From Octopus vulgaris (lineage: Eukaryota): a stretch of 64,000 nucleotides of DNA. Positions 18,532 to 32,311 of this stretch are shown here, one piece after another. The notes under the pieces were generated by a model. It was given only the letters and a program-made list of their open reading frames with translations, did no database searches and had not been told where the DNA came from. The stretch covers positions 15,252,001 to 15,316,000 of the forward strand of contig OX597833.1 of assembly GCA_951406725.2 (NCBI GenBank), read 5' to 3'. Position numbers and translations under genes: made by a program. Numbering within the stretch: position 1 is the stretch's first letter; each line of letters begins with the position of its first letter.

Positions 18532-18925
18532 CCACACATATACGTAAATGTCCATCAGTGAGAATGAGTGTTCAACACGGTATTGATCGGTACAGTTTCT
18601 TCATTTGTGTATTAAGGCTACCATCGGTTTCAAGTTAACAACATTTCAAGTTAACCACATGGAGGGATGGTGTCCGTCTCCATTTTGGATGGAAGCATCA
18701 AATATCTCGTGAAGCGTCTCTGGATTTCACAGAAAGTTTCATAAAGAGAACAATAAATAAAGTGGCACTATCCTGGGATGAAAACCACGTAGGATTTGGT
18801 AGATACGAGGCTGTAGTAGAGAACGCTTGCCCAAAGTTATACCCAGTGGGATGAATCTAGGGCGCATTTGGGAAGCACTGTGATTAGATCAACGTGTGAG
18901 AGTCGTCACAGGGAGGTTATTGGAT

Positions 18926-18966
<41 letters not shown>

Positions 18967-19186
18967 CAGAAAAGAAGCACTATTTACAAATTAAAAAATG
19001 AAAAATTACATTATACCATTTAGAAAAATTACTTATTATAGAAAGATTATATATAAGATAAAACATATAACAATGATTCAGTAATGTGCAAAAAAGTAAA
19101 TAAAACGTATATATTTGGTAGAGTAACGAACGTATTTCTTTCTAATTCTTTTTTTGTTCTAATTGTCTTTCTATTTGTTTTTTCTA

Positions 19187-19228
<42 letters not shown>

Positions 19229-19294
19229 TTGTGAAATTTGATTTAGCATTTCTAAATTGAAGTTTTCCCTGTAAGTTTGGAATACTATTCGCTC

Positions 19295-19363
<69 letters not shown>

Positions 19364-19796
19364 TTCACAATTATTATTTGCAACATGAAACAAGCAGCTG
19401 CAGTCGTATAACTAATCATGAAACCAAAAATGGAATTGAAAGTGGTTGTTGAAATATATGCGTCTAATTAAGCATTATTCCAAAGTAGTAATCAATCCGA
19501 CATCTGCACTCATAAGAACGAATATAAATAGTTGTATAAAATCTTATGCTGCACAATGATCATATGCATTCTAATTGATAAGTACGAATTAATTATAATT
19601 GGTACTTATCATCTATACATACCAAAATATCAAATATATGGAAAACGAACACTTCAGAAGCAGCATATCTTCTATGGAATATTTATTAAATCGCAGTCAT
19701 TTAATGATGGTACTGCGACTGTAGGAGATAATATGTGGGAGTGAGTGAAGACTAAATCGTATTTTCATGGAATTCTGATACATGTAGTATATTATG

Positions 19797-19864
<68 letters not shown>

Positions 19865-19867
<3 letters not shown>

Positions 19868-20085
19868 TTAATCGAAACAAGAAAACACAAAAAAACAAAA
19901 AAACAAAAAAACAGCTACGCGAGGACGTGGAACAAATAAAGTATTATTGGACGCTCAGGATAGAAGCGAAGAAGGAGGGTTTAACGTTTCGAGCGGAGCT
20001 CTTCGTCGGAAACATAGGAGAAGGAAAGATCCCGAGAGGGGAAGATAGAGGGAAAAAATCGCCAGCGGTACTCACGAGGTCACAT
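19865..20085 (-). mobile_element. Penelope-like terminal fragment with a minimal hammerhead motif
   Basis: Minus strand gttt-CCGACGA-A-GAGC-tcc-GCTC-GAAACGTT-aaac; flanked by (TA)n; homologous to 31632-31835 and 58270-58475. Confidence 0.65.
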
Positions 20086-20334
20086 ATATATATAGATAAA
20101 AAAGTTGGTTTGTGAAAGCACGTGGTTGAATATATAGAAAATAGTAAAAAGTGAAAAAACTACAGAAGGCTTAAAGGTTAAAAAATATATATATTTGCCT
20201 CAATATGTCTGAAGAATATTGAAAATTTTTTTCTTACAATGACATAGATTAGAAGAAAGACCGGTTTCGCGTTTAGCTTTTCAAATTTCTTGCGACGTAT
20301 ATATATATATATATAAATATATATCTTCAGAATT

Positions 20335-20880
20335 TCCCCTTTTCCACTTCGGTTGTTTATTTCATCTACTGTTCGTCGCCGTTCCGTTCTCAGTAATTCC
20401 CAATCCCGTTCTTTTCCGCCACATCCCTACTAGTAGCCCTGATAAGATTTTGTGTGATGTTCTTTGTTTCGATGTGTCTCAGTACATTATTGACTTCATT
20501 CGTCTGTTGATTTAGTCTCTTCTGGTTAGCCTTCTTAAAGTCGCACATAAATCCTGTCCATTCTGTAATCAATAGATCCAAAATTCTGTCTATTATTAAT
20601 CGATATTCATTATTTGAGTAGCCGCTGATCTCAATTCTTTCACAATTCACGGTATTATATTCTTGCGAATAACTGTCCATCTCTTCCATTATACCACTTT
20701 AATTTCCCGCACGCCCAACCTCACCCGATATCCTTCTTTTAATAGCTTCTAGCTCCAATTCTGTTAACCATCCATTCTTTTGTATTGCTCTTGGTTGGTC
20801 ACATAATCCCTGTTCAGTAATTTCGTACAGTTCCATTGTCTTCCATTCACTAAGCTTTTTGTTTTTCTGTACACTCTGAC
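20335..20880 (-). mobile_element. Decayed N-terminal ORF region of an R4/Dong-type LINE
   Basis: Peptides [29 protein letters not shown] and NEVNNVLRHIETKNITQNLIRA resemble R4-clade N-terminal regions (recalled, not searched). Confidence 0.55.
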
Positions 20881-21218
20881 AGACACGCCATAACCAGAAT
20901 GCTTACTTGTTTACTCCACATAAGTCTCATAGCATGGCTAGCAGATGCTAACGTTTCTGCCAGCTCGCACGCAACTTGGTGAGCATTCAAGTAGCGATAC
21001 CAGATAAAGAATTTATTCCGTTCAGTAAAGTCGAGCTGCAGGATGCGGCATCTTCACCATTGGTTCCACTCCCGTTCACACCGTCATAATCCTATATTTT
21101 GTTTGGCATCTTCACTCACAAATGATGTGTGTATTTCTTTTTTTTAGGTTACTACCAACTGGTGTTTTTATCGAGAGACCTTAATTATTATTATTATCAT
21201 TATTATTACAATTATATA

Positions 21219-21355
21219 AGGTTGTCCCAAAAGTTCGTAGAAAGTCTTGGAAAAAAATGGTCTTTATTTTGAGGAATAATTTTTGTTGTTTTTGTTAGTA
21301 CTTGGCGAGTAAAAATTCAATTTTCGCAAGTGTTTACGAACTATTGGGACAACCT
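21219..21355. mobile_element. Tc1/mariner-type MITE (~137 bp)
   Basis: TIRs aggttgtcccaaaagttcgta / tacgaactattgggacaacct in a TA-rich context. Confidence 0.7.
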
Positions 21356-21372
21356 AATAATTATTATATTAA

Positions 21373-21686
21373 GGCGGCGAGCTGGCAGAAACTTTAGCAC
21401 ACCGGGCAAAATGCATAGCCGTATTTCGTCTGCCGTTACGTTCTAAGTTCAAATTCAGCCGAAGTCGACTTTGCCTTTCATCCTTTCGGGGTCGATTAAA
21501 TAAGTACCAGGTACGCACTGGGGTCGATATAATTGGCTTACTCCGTTTGTCTGTCCTAGTTTGTCGTCTCTGTGTTTAGCCCCTTGTGGGTAGTAAAGAA
21601 ATAGGTATTTCGTCTGTCTTTACGTTGTGAGTTCAAATTCCGCCGAGGTTGCTTTTGCCTTTCATCGTTTCGGGGTCGGTAAATAA
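21373..21686 (+). mobile_element. SINE family A, one full unit plus a partial second unit
   Basis: Junction gaaatag|gtatttc at ~21598-21611. Confidence 0.85.
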
Positions 21687-23140
21687 GGCATCAACTGGAA
21701 GAATGTTTCCTCCACTTTCCTAAGATGAACTGTATACATTAACTCTCTATCTTACATGGTTTACTGCTTGTGAGAAAGCTGTACTGCTTTGGTTTACCAA
21801 ATTCCTGCATGTCCTTTGTTTTCTTTTAAATAGAATAGATCTAAATGTTCCAAGGGTTCATTTCCTGGAGAAGGCAAGTTTGATTTAACACACCTGCTAT
21901 ATCAATGGACTAGGTAGAACTTTTGACTTATTGTTCATATTCGTGGTAATTTCGCAATGTACTTCAGGAAGGGCTAAATTCTACCGAATGCTTTACTTTC
22001 ATTTTACAGATAATTTTCTCCGTCAGGAAATCACCCCGCCTTCCGGCATTCTATATATTTACTATGTTGTTGCTGCGAATAGGTAACTAGTCCAAATGCT
22101 ACTTTCGCTTTCACTTCAGATGACACCGGCAGTAATCCCACTTATCAAGGAACTGGAAAATTTGTTTTCCACGTCTACATAACGTAAAGCACAGTTCTAG
22201 AAATAGTTGAAATTACCTTATCTGAAAGGTGAGATCACCTTATCGGAACAAAATCTCAGTTCCCGAATTGGAAATTACCACCCGTCACCCTTGCACAAAA
22301 TTCTCCAAATACAAGCGGTTTATCAATTGTTGACACGATATTCAGTTATCTACAAAGAGCGTGACAACACTCCTAGTACTTATTTTATTCGTTTCATATC
22401 GCAGAGTCCAGAAAATCTGTTGCACTTCTATTTCAACGAGACATGCCCACACATACGTTCGTCAAGCGGTTATAGCAATATCACTCGACAACACTTCACT
22501 GAAAGGCCATTGAGAGCATTGTTTCCTGATTTCAAATCAAATGTAAATAGATGTCTTCAAGTACTGGATTTTATATACGCTGTGTCATGTCCACGTTGTA
22601 CAACACCTGACATCGAATATGTCCTTTTACATTATTGTCTAAAAATATAAATAGATTTTGAATATTGGAGTATACGGCATTAGATGTAGATATAGAAAAT
22701 ACAATGTCGGCCTACGCATCTCATGGCAGGGAGAGAATAATGAGGAAAATATGATATCCTGAAATACAAGAATAATGAATTCAGTGGCGCTATGAATGAC
22801 TTATTTTATATGGGAAGCAAAGCTACGTACGTCTTATGAATATATTAAGAAGCAGGCATGAATCCCACGAAACGGTCGAGTTATAGATGGAAAGCTGAAT
22901 GAAATGAAAACGTGTATGACAGCTGAAATTTCATTATTTCATAAATTCTCATTTATGCATCTGTTTGAGACATAACCCTCCGCAAGGAAACAGAGTAATG
23001 ATGCGACAAGACATGCAGTGGGGGTTGCCAGAAGAAAGAAAAGCAAAAAACAGAAAGACTAGAAAATGTGGGAAATTTATTTCAGTGAACTGAGGTAAGC
23101 AGGAAGCAGAACTCTAACAAAAAGAAATACAAATAGAATG

Positions 23141-23531
23141 GGATGGAAGCACTTCGTCGGTTACGACGATGAGGGTTCCGGTTGCTCCGAATCAACAGAA
23201 CAGCCTGCTCGTGAAATTAACGTGTAAGTGGCTGAGCACTCCACAGACACGTGCACCCTTAACGTAGTTATCGGCGATATTCAGCGTGACGCAGAGAGTG
23301 ACAAGGCCGGCCCCTTGAAATACAGGTTCAACAGAAACAGGAAGTAAGAGCGAGAGAAAGTTGTGGTGAAAGAGTACAGCAGGGATCACCACCATCCACT
23401 GCCGGAGCGTCGTGGAGCTTTTTTTAGGTGTTGTCGCTCAATAAACACTCACAACGCCCGGTCTGGGAATCGAAACGGTGATCCTATGACCGCGAGTCCG
23501 CTGCCCTAACCACTGGGCCATTGCGCCTCCA
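23141..23531 (-). mobile_element. SINE family C, full length
   Basis: tRNA head, (ggat)n tail, TSD aaatagaat. Confidence 0.85.
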
Positions 23532-24542
23532 CCAAAAATAGAATCATAAATGAAAAGAGTATATGAGGTGTTTTGAGAAATTACTCATATCAACTGAGAA
23601 ATCACTCCACATTGAAAATCACCGAGGACGAAAATTACTTCCCACCTACAAATATTGTGAAATAATGAAATTAGTTATCGAATCTTCGAAACGAGTAATA
23701 CGAAATAAAAAACATGTCGATTTGTCTTATGTAAAAGCTACATATTGTGTTGCTGGTATGCTTTATACGGTTTGTCAGAATACACAAGCGTAAAAAAAAA
23801 TGTCGGATTAATACTTGAGCAAGGAACAAACAAAATGTGATGTGTGTATCAAGAAATGAGAAATATTGGTAAAAGCAAACACTATTCGGTTCTTGGAAGA
23901 TAAACAATCCACGAACGGGGGAAAAAAAAAGATGGCGAAGAAAGGACAAATTACAAGACAAAAATAATAATAATAAATAATTGGATTCTTTATTATTCTT
24001 CTTCAAAGGGTAATTCATATATGAAACATCTACGTATTAAGCTGAACAAAAAATAGGATATCTTTACATAACAGAAGTCTATAGATGAAAAATACAAAAT
24101 TATAAACATCCTTGAAGTCACTAATGAAAGAAATGGAAGAAAAAACTGCTAAAGTAACGCTGGGATACAGGATCAAGCGTTAAGGAATGAAAATATTGAA
24201 AGAAACCTGGAGTGTAATAAAAAGAAAATTATATTAATATATTCATACAGGAATGCTAAGAAGAAATGATCACACGTAAATGGCAATTGTGGATAACTTG
24301 GAAATAGTTGTATAAAGAATGGATGTGATTGATGTATAAAACCCAAATGTTTCTCTATTATTCATTTATTAATACATAAGAAGGTAATATATTTGACTGA
24401 CTAACTGAAAACCCTGTGCTTTTGCAAGCCGAAATCTTATTGCGAACTAAAGACGTACCTCACAAGATCCAATTATCATGTAACTCACGTAGTTACGCAT
24501 ACAAAATAAAATAAGGAGGAATTTAATTATATCCGATGCCGT

Positions 24543-24914
24543 GGATGGATGGAAGCACTCCGTCGGTTACGCCGATGAGGGTTCCAGTTGATCCGAATCA
24601 ACGGAACAGCCTGCTCGTGAAATTAACGTGTAAGTGGCTTAACGTAGCCTTAACGTAGTTCTGGAGGATATTCAGCGTGACACAGAGAGTGACAAGGCCG
24701 GCCCCTTGAAATACAGTTACAACAGAAACAGGAAGTAAGAGTGAGAGAAAGTTGTGGTGAAAGAGTACAGCAGGGATCACTACCATCCCTGCCGGGGCCT
24801 CGTGGAGCTTTAGGTGTTTTCGCTCAATAAACACTCACAACGCCGATCTGGGAATCGAAACCGCGATCCTACGACCGCGAGTCCGCTGCCCTAACCACTG
24901 GGCCATTGCGCCTC
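24543..24914 (-). mobile_element. SINE family C, full length
   Basis: TSD tatccgatgccgt on both sides. Confidence 0.9.
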
Positions 24915-26080
24915 CTATCCGATGCCGTAAGAGTATAAGGAATGCAGGTTATGTTACATATAGGCATAACGACCACACAGAAATCAAATAATAAATGACC
25001 CGTATGTTGACTCGGGCATTAGAAAAGAAATTTTGTCTTTGCTGTTGGTGGATATGGAAGAATTAAACGTGCACAAGAAGGAATAAGTCAGAACACTTAG
25101 AATTTGTGAAGAATAACTAGTTATTTCAAAATCTCCGGCAAAAATAATTGTTACATAAAAGATGGTATAGGCGGACATAGCATATTGAATCCATATGCGA
25201 AAGGAAAATCAAAGAGAAAATAATTTCGCATTACTTGTAAAGAAAATATAAGATCCCATGTATTTTATAATATGAGGACATGTATGTGCACAATTGTTCT
25301 CTAGTATGATAAAAATAATAATAGATAAACACTTTAGATGCTCCGAATTGTACTGGTTGTAGGTACAAAGAATAAAGGCAAGCGTTATTATGTGGGTTTA
25401 GGCAAGAAAATTTATATGTACCAAGAACACAAATAAAAGAAGGTTTCGTTTATTTAACAATATTTTACCATTTATTGTGAAATATAAGCTGCGCACAAGG
25501 ACAAACACACACACACACACACAAACACACACAATTAGAAACAATAGCTACAAATAGGCACTTTATACACATTAGCGAGTGTCATTCTCTAACAATCTTT
25601 ACAACTATGCTGGACCTTATGACTAGAAAGTCCCTATTAATCTTAAAATGTCATGGGCATGGGTGGAATATATGAAGATATAACACAATTAGGCTAGTAT
25701 AATTTAATTTTAAGTTTATCCAAAATTCATTAGTAATGAATGAGTTTAATATATAAATTTACTCGTCTAAAATTAAACGTGGAAACTAAAACAAAATTCA
25801 ACATTTGAAATGAAATACATATATTTACCATTTAAATTGCCTGCTTAAATATATCCTATGCGCAGAGGAAATCAAATATTTAATAATGTCATTTCGTGTA
25901 GGACCTTACCATTTCCCCAGTAGGCATATTCTCGAATGTTACTAGATAACTTAGAATGTGGAACTCTTATGCGTGTTCTCCCTATGATTTGTATTAAAAT
26001 CAATATTAGAAATTTCAAGGAACCCATTAAAAGGATACTACTACAGTGAAGATACCGCTTTAATAAAAAATTATTTTCTA

Positions 26081-26469
26081 CTAGCAGTAACGCTCGGCGT
26101 TGCTCGGGTTTGTTTCGACCCTTTTGAATTGGAATTTTTGAAAAATAAATATTTTGCATCATTTAGCTTGTTATTCTCTTTAAGTGAACATTTTCCTGGT
26201 TGAAATACACCGAAAAATGGCGACACAGCAGGTAAAAATTCGTAAAAAATAGGGATTTTCATAGAAAAAAGCACCTTTTTGATGTAAATAATATTTGGTC
26301 TTAACATAGTCCGATTTGAATTTTATCTGCTACGGAATGAGGAGCAAGCCTTCTTCTATCATACTCTCAATTTTGGTCAACTTTCCCTGCAGAGTCTCGG
26401 AGGAGATAGTGTTAGTTGAAGGCTACCAAACCTGCCACATACAGACAACTTCAGCTTTATATATATTGA
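26081..26469 (-). mobile_element. Non-autonomous Helitron
   Basis: A|CTAG at 26080-26084 followed by the hairpin cgctcggcgttgctcggg; GA|T at 26468-26470. Confidence 0.8.
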
Positions 26470-26818
26470 TTTACATTAGTAAAGCCTTAGTCCCACGAAA
26501 ATATATGAATGCTGACATGAACATAGGCATAGTTAATGTATTGGTTTCAGTCATTTCATCGCGGAAAGGTTTAAGTCGGTTACGTCAACCCCAGAGCTCA
26601 ACCGTAACTTAGCGGTTCAGTTAATACGTCCAATAGAATAAGTATCAGGATTAAACAAAAAGTTCTAGTTTCGATGGATTCTTAAAGAAATTCTTCAAGG
26701 CGGTGCCTCAATATGGTCACAGATCAATAACAGAAAGAAATAAGAAAGAATAAAAGAAAAAGAGATTAGAGAAACACATATTTGCTAATCCAATGCCGTG
26801 TGAGTTTCTTTCGGTAAT

Positions 26819-27268
26819 CATCATCATTGTTCGACCGTGGTCGAGACAATCGAATTTCCCATGCTACGTCAGACTTCACGGTCCATCATAGCATTACGGA
26901 GGTCCTGTTGCTGGATGCCTGTATCCCTGGAGATTACATCAGGGTAGGAGAGTGTGCGCCCTCTGGTATTGCGAGTAGATGGCTTCCAGAGGAGAAGAGT
27001 AGAAATTGCCTCATTTTCATCTCTACAACAATGTCCAGCAAACTGGACTCTCCTACCTTTCACAAGAGATGACACAGGTGGTAGTTTCCCATATATTTGC
27101 ATTTTGGTTAGATGACGCTTGCACGAGAGATTTCGTGCTCTCATAAGGAGGCGAGTGTAGGTTCCATCCAACCGCCTCTCAAGCTTCTTTGATAACGTCC
27201 AGGTTTCTGAGCCATATAGTAGGGTTGGTTCGACTGTGGCTTTGAAGATTTCAAGTTTGAAGTCTCTA
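26819..27268 (-). mobile_element. 5'-truncated RTE-clade LINE 3' end
   Basis: YGSETWTLSKKLERRLDGTYTRLLMRA...RRVQFAGHCCR; (TGA)n tail; TSD ctttcggtaat at 26808-26818 and 27269-27279. Confidence 0.85.
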
Positions 27269-27961
27269 CTTTCGGTAATAACTATTATATAGATGTAATA
27301 ACGGAGCAGTATAGGAACCTCGGTGGAACTTACGCCTGTTAATGAGTGGAGAGTCAGGTAGTCTTGTATGAGAAGCGTATTATTGATGTACCTGACATAT
27401 GTTGCAATCGAAAAGTGACAAGAAGAAGAATACTTCCACTTTGTATTATAGAAGCGAAAGTAAATCTATAAATGAAACTTGAACAATGAATACCTGGATA
27501 ATGAAATGAAAATCTTTCAAACCAACGGGAGGAAGATAAAAGCATTCATTAAATATAGAATGTTCAATTGATAATTACATACTGCTAAATAATAGACCTG
27601 TATTGCAAAGCTGGCTACGTTATGGATATTACATGCGTCTTAGCAAGTGGGACTTTGGGAAATGTTAAAATCGCCATTAAGTAGACAATATTATAATCAG
27701 CTTTAAATATACAGAACATAAATTCTAACGCACTGTGATTTTCAACTTTACACTAGTGTACAGGCATTCAAACACGATTAGATATTGATCAAAGAACATT
27801 AACGCATGCGTATAAATCAAACTGGCGACAATATTTACTTAGAACGATACAAACTAAATTGCGACTTCGAAACTTCTATATTTGTCAAATACACATACGC
27901 ATACATATAAACACATACGTACGAATATATACATATATACATATATATGTACATATGTATA

Positions 27962-28036
<75 letters not shown>

Positions 28037-28184
28037 AAATGGATAAATGAATTATCTTGTTACGGATTATTTAAATTATAACCGATACCTGGGTAGCAAA
28101 AATCACAACAGAAAATTCACGGTTGAGGTTACGACCATGGGGTATCGCAACCGTGCCTTAGTGCGGATAATTGAAGTTTTATAT

Positions 28185-28574
28185 ATTTAGTGAGGGAAGA
28201 AATAGAGCTGAACGAAGATTTTACAAAATTCCTTTTTATTATTTTCTACACATGTTTCAAAGGCTGCAAATTCCCTAATTCGGATTGAATAAGGAAACCA
28301 TTTTGCAGCATTCTCTTCAGCAAAATCCAGGAATTTAAATCTCCAAACAAATGCGCAGCAATCTTTTCGAACAAACGCTCCCTAGGAGCCCATGGTATGA
28401 AAGGCACAAAACTGTCTCTCAATATTGGTCTCCTTATTCAATCCGAATACTGTCTCTCAATATGGTCTCCTTATTCAATCCGAATTAGGGAATTTGCAGC
28501 CTTTGAAACATGAGTAGAAAATAATAAAAAGGAATTTTGTAAAATCTTCGTTCAGCTCCATTTCTTCCCTCACT

Positions 28575-28580
<6 letters not shown>
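28185..28580. mobile_element. Penelope-like inverted terminal repeat with a hammerhead motif
   Basis: ~105-bp inverted arms (28188-28294 and 28468-28578). Minus strand CTGAAGA...long stem...GAAACATGTGTA at 28246-28320; lies between (TA)n tracts. Confidence 0.65.
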
Positions 28581-28618
<38 letters not shown>

Positions 28619-28754
28619 TAAATATATATATATATACATATATATATATAAATATATATATAAATATATATATATATACATATATATATATAAATATATA
28701 TATACATACATATAAACACATACGTACGAATATGTACATATATATGTACATATG

Positions 28755-28801
<47 letters not shown>

Positions 28802-28911
28802 ATACACACAAACACACACATACACACACATATATATAAATGTATGTATGTATGTATGTATGTAAGTATATAAATTGGAGAGGAACCACCATGTAGCAAT
28901 TCAACAATGAT

Positions 28912-29236
28912 ATGGCTCAGTGGTTAGAGCGTCGAGCTTACGATCGTGAGGTTGTGAGCTCGAATCCCGGACGGGGCTGCGTGTTGTGTTCTTGAGCAAG
29001 GCACTTTATTTCACGTTGCTCCAGTTCACTCAGCTGTAGAAATGAGTTGCGACGTCACAGGTGCCAAGCTGTATCGGCCCTTGCCTTTCCCTTGGACAAC
29101 ATCGGTGACGTGGAGAGGGAGGCCGGTATGCATGGGCGACTGCTGGTCTTCCATAAAACAACCTTGCCCAGACTTGTGCCTCAGAGGGTATCTCTCTAGG
29201 TGCAAACCCATGGTCAGTGCCTGACCGAAGGGGGTC
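28912..29236 (+). mobile_element. SINE family B
   Basis: Near-identical to 12317-12652. Confidence 0.85.
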
Positions 29237-29313
29237 TTTACTCTCTTTATATAAAAAAATTATATACACAATAAAATATTTACCTTGAACTAAATAATAA
29301 GTAGTATTTAATA

Positions 29314-29369
<56 letters not shown>

Positions 29370-29423
29370 TTGTGTCTGTTTGTGTTCTGTGTGTATGTGT
29401 GTGTGCGTGTTTGTGTGTGTTTG

Positions 29424-29458
<35 letters not shown>

Positions 29459-30170
29459 GTTTGTGTGTTTGTGTGTGTGTGTGTGTGTGTGAAGTAAATG
29501 TCTGGAATTGATAAAAAATATGTAAGGATTATTGGGTATAATATCTACATATATTCCCGTTACGATATCAGTTGTTATTTCTGAAAACACAATGGCGCAT
29601 ACTGGATTGTTTTAAATGTGTAATGTGTCTAAAGCAAAAAATCGACGTTAAATGATAGAAATGGTTACCGAAACGTATTTGTAGCCGAAAAAGACTGCTC
29701 AGGGTTTTATTCGAAAATGAAACACAAATGTTCAACGCAAAGTGATTTATTTAATCAATAATATAATTGCTGTTTTCTTAGAGTATTTTATGCAACCTTG
29801 AGGGCAGAAACCATTATTCTCTACTCAAAAGATTTTGCCGGCTTTACTACCACAAAACGCTTTCAGGTGAACTTTAACATCTTCAGAGTTGAAATTTGTG
29901 CATTCAATGCGAGACACTGAATCAGGTGAAAATCTAAAGGCGCAAGACTGGTTGAATAGGCAGTGAGATCCCTAGCATGAAAAATAGAACCTGCTCCGAA
30001 AGAAGTCCTTATCGAACGTCTTTCAAGTGTCAAGCATCTCTTCAGTGCGCATGGGAAAGAGGCAGATTGCTTTTTTTCTAGTTATTAGATTGCTGAAAGT
30101 ATATTGTGGACAAAAGCCAAACAGTCTTTAAGCTAACTTAATATTTCTGAAAATACCATGTTAAATATAA

Positions 30171-30579
30171 TATTCTTTTCCACTCTAGGCACAAGGCCCG
30201 ACATTTATGGGGAGGGGGCCGAACAATTAGATCGACATCAGTATGCAACTGATATTTAATTTATCGACCCCGAAAGGATAAAAAGCAAAGTTGACCTCGG
30301 AGGAATTTGAAATCACAACGTAAAGGCAGACGAAATACCGCTAAGCATGTAGACGAAATACCTATTTCTTTATTATCCACAGAGAGGACAAACAAGGACA
30401 GAGAAACGAATTAAGTCGATTATATTGACCCCAGTGCGTAACTGGTACTTAGTTTATCGATCCCGAAAAGATGAAAGGCAAAGTCAACCTCGACGGAATT
30501 TGAACTTAGAACGTAACGACAGACGAAATACCGCTAAGCATTTGGCTCGGCGTGCTAACGATTCGGCCAGCTCACCGCC
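30171..30579 (-). mobile_element. Composite SINE family A dimer with two different tails
   Basis: Two bodies, one ending in the variant tail gggccttgtgcctagagtggaaaaga; TSD atgtt(a/g)aatataatatt. Confidence 0.75.
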
Positions 30580-31231
30580 TTATGTTGAATATAATATTAA
30601 GCCATCATATTTAAGTGTTGACACATTCAGAAAAATTGTTTTTTATTTTACAATTTATATTTACGATATCGTAATACCTAACTTTTTACGAAATGCAAAA
30701 GTGTTCATGTCATCTATTGTATTAGGTCCTTTCAAGTTGCAAACAGGGCCACGATATTGTGTAACGGGCAACAATGCCCAATTCAACCTTATTTTGTTTG
30801 GTGATCCTGTTTTCTACAGAGAACATCAATATAGGTACAGTTCTATATTTATGAGATGAGGAATAATGTACAATATTTACATTATTTACAACAAACAAAA
30901 TGAGGACAAATATCCGTCGAATGTAAATAATGTTAATAATGCTCAAGGTAGGTAATTAATGTGCGATATATCACAATTTGACTGTTGTCATAAATTGTAT
31001 TCTTGGTATGAATAGAACTACAATATGCTTTGGAATTGGTTTTCTGCAGCACTCTTAGAAAGGATTTGCTCGAAGTAACCATGTCATTAAGATACAGCTC
31101 TTATACCGGATTCATTCCTTCATAAGTTGCTATTCAATGTTTCAGGCATACCATATAGTTTAGCTGGAACCTCTCTCTCTCTCTCTCTCTCTTCTCATTA
31201 TATGTGTGTGTTTGTGTATACACATACGTCT

Positions 31232-31531
31232 TTTTCTGGCTTCTCGAGCCACGCCTGGATCATAAGGGCCGGTTTCCCGGTTTCATTGGCGTACAGGTTC
31301 CCCACCTGAACGGGACGCCGGTCCTTCGCAGGTGAGCTGCAAGATGCAGGAGGAAAGGGTGAGAGAAAGTTGTGGCGAAAGAGTTGGAAGAAGTTCGCAA
31401 TTACCTCCTGCCGGAGCCGCGTGGAGCTTAGATGCTTCGCTCATAAACACACACATCGCCCGGTCTGAGATTCGAACACGCGATCCGTCGACCGCGAGTC
31501 CGCTGCTCTAACCACTAGGCCATGTGCCTTC
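31232..31531 (-). mobile_element. SINE family C-related variant
   Basis: Head similar to family C (tggcctagtggttagagcagcggactcgcggtcg) with a different 3' half. Confidence 0.75.
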
Positions 31532-31565
31532 ACGTATACACAAATGCACACACACACACACACAT

Positions 31566-31631
<66 letters not shown>

Positions 31632-31634
<3 letters not shown>

Positions 31635-31835
31635 GTTAATCCAAACAAGAAAACAAAAAGACAACAACGCGAGGATGTGGAACAAATAAAGTATTATTGG
31701 GCGCTCAGGAAAAAAGGGAAGAAGGAGGGCTTTACGTTTCGAGCGGAGCTCTTCGTCGGAAACATAGTTGAAAGAAAGATCCCGAGGTGGGAGGACAGAG
31801 GGGAAAAAATGCAAGTGGTCTTCACGAGGTCAACA
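31632..31835 (-). mobile_element. Penelope-like terminal fragment with a hammerhead motif
   Basis: Homologous to 19865-20085; motif at 31731-31765; abuts (TA)n. Confidence 0.65.
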
Positions 31836-32311
31836 TATATATACATATATGCATTGAATATAGATATGTGTGAATATACATGTGTATGAATGTCTGTGTG
31901 CGTGTGTGAGTGCGCATGTGTGGGCGTCTGTGTGTGTTTGCACGTTTATAATTATGTCCTTCATATAACACCCACCGTTCCGATCGACATATTTACCAAG
32001 ATAATTTACGATCAGTTTTCTTTAGCAACCAGATTGTTTCAAACTTAATATTAGGTTTCCAACAGATATAGCTATTGGGATCGATCAAACAACGTAAAAC
32101 CACAGATCACTTTTGAACTCTCTATAGATTCATATCACTCAAAGGGGAAAGTAAGTTCATATCACATGTCATCTCATGTTTCAATTTCATCCAGTGGACA
32201 GTATCAAATATTTAGGGAAATATTTCGCACCTACCTCATATATTTTACTCTTTGTAATATCATAGTCTCAGTAGCATTTCTTTTCACTTCATTTCGGATA
32301 TTCTGAAAAAT

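Noticed and set aside
22207-22650. 147-aa ORF in unique sequence
   Set aside because: Non-ATG start, no recognisable domain and no convincing splice boundaries.
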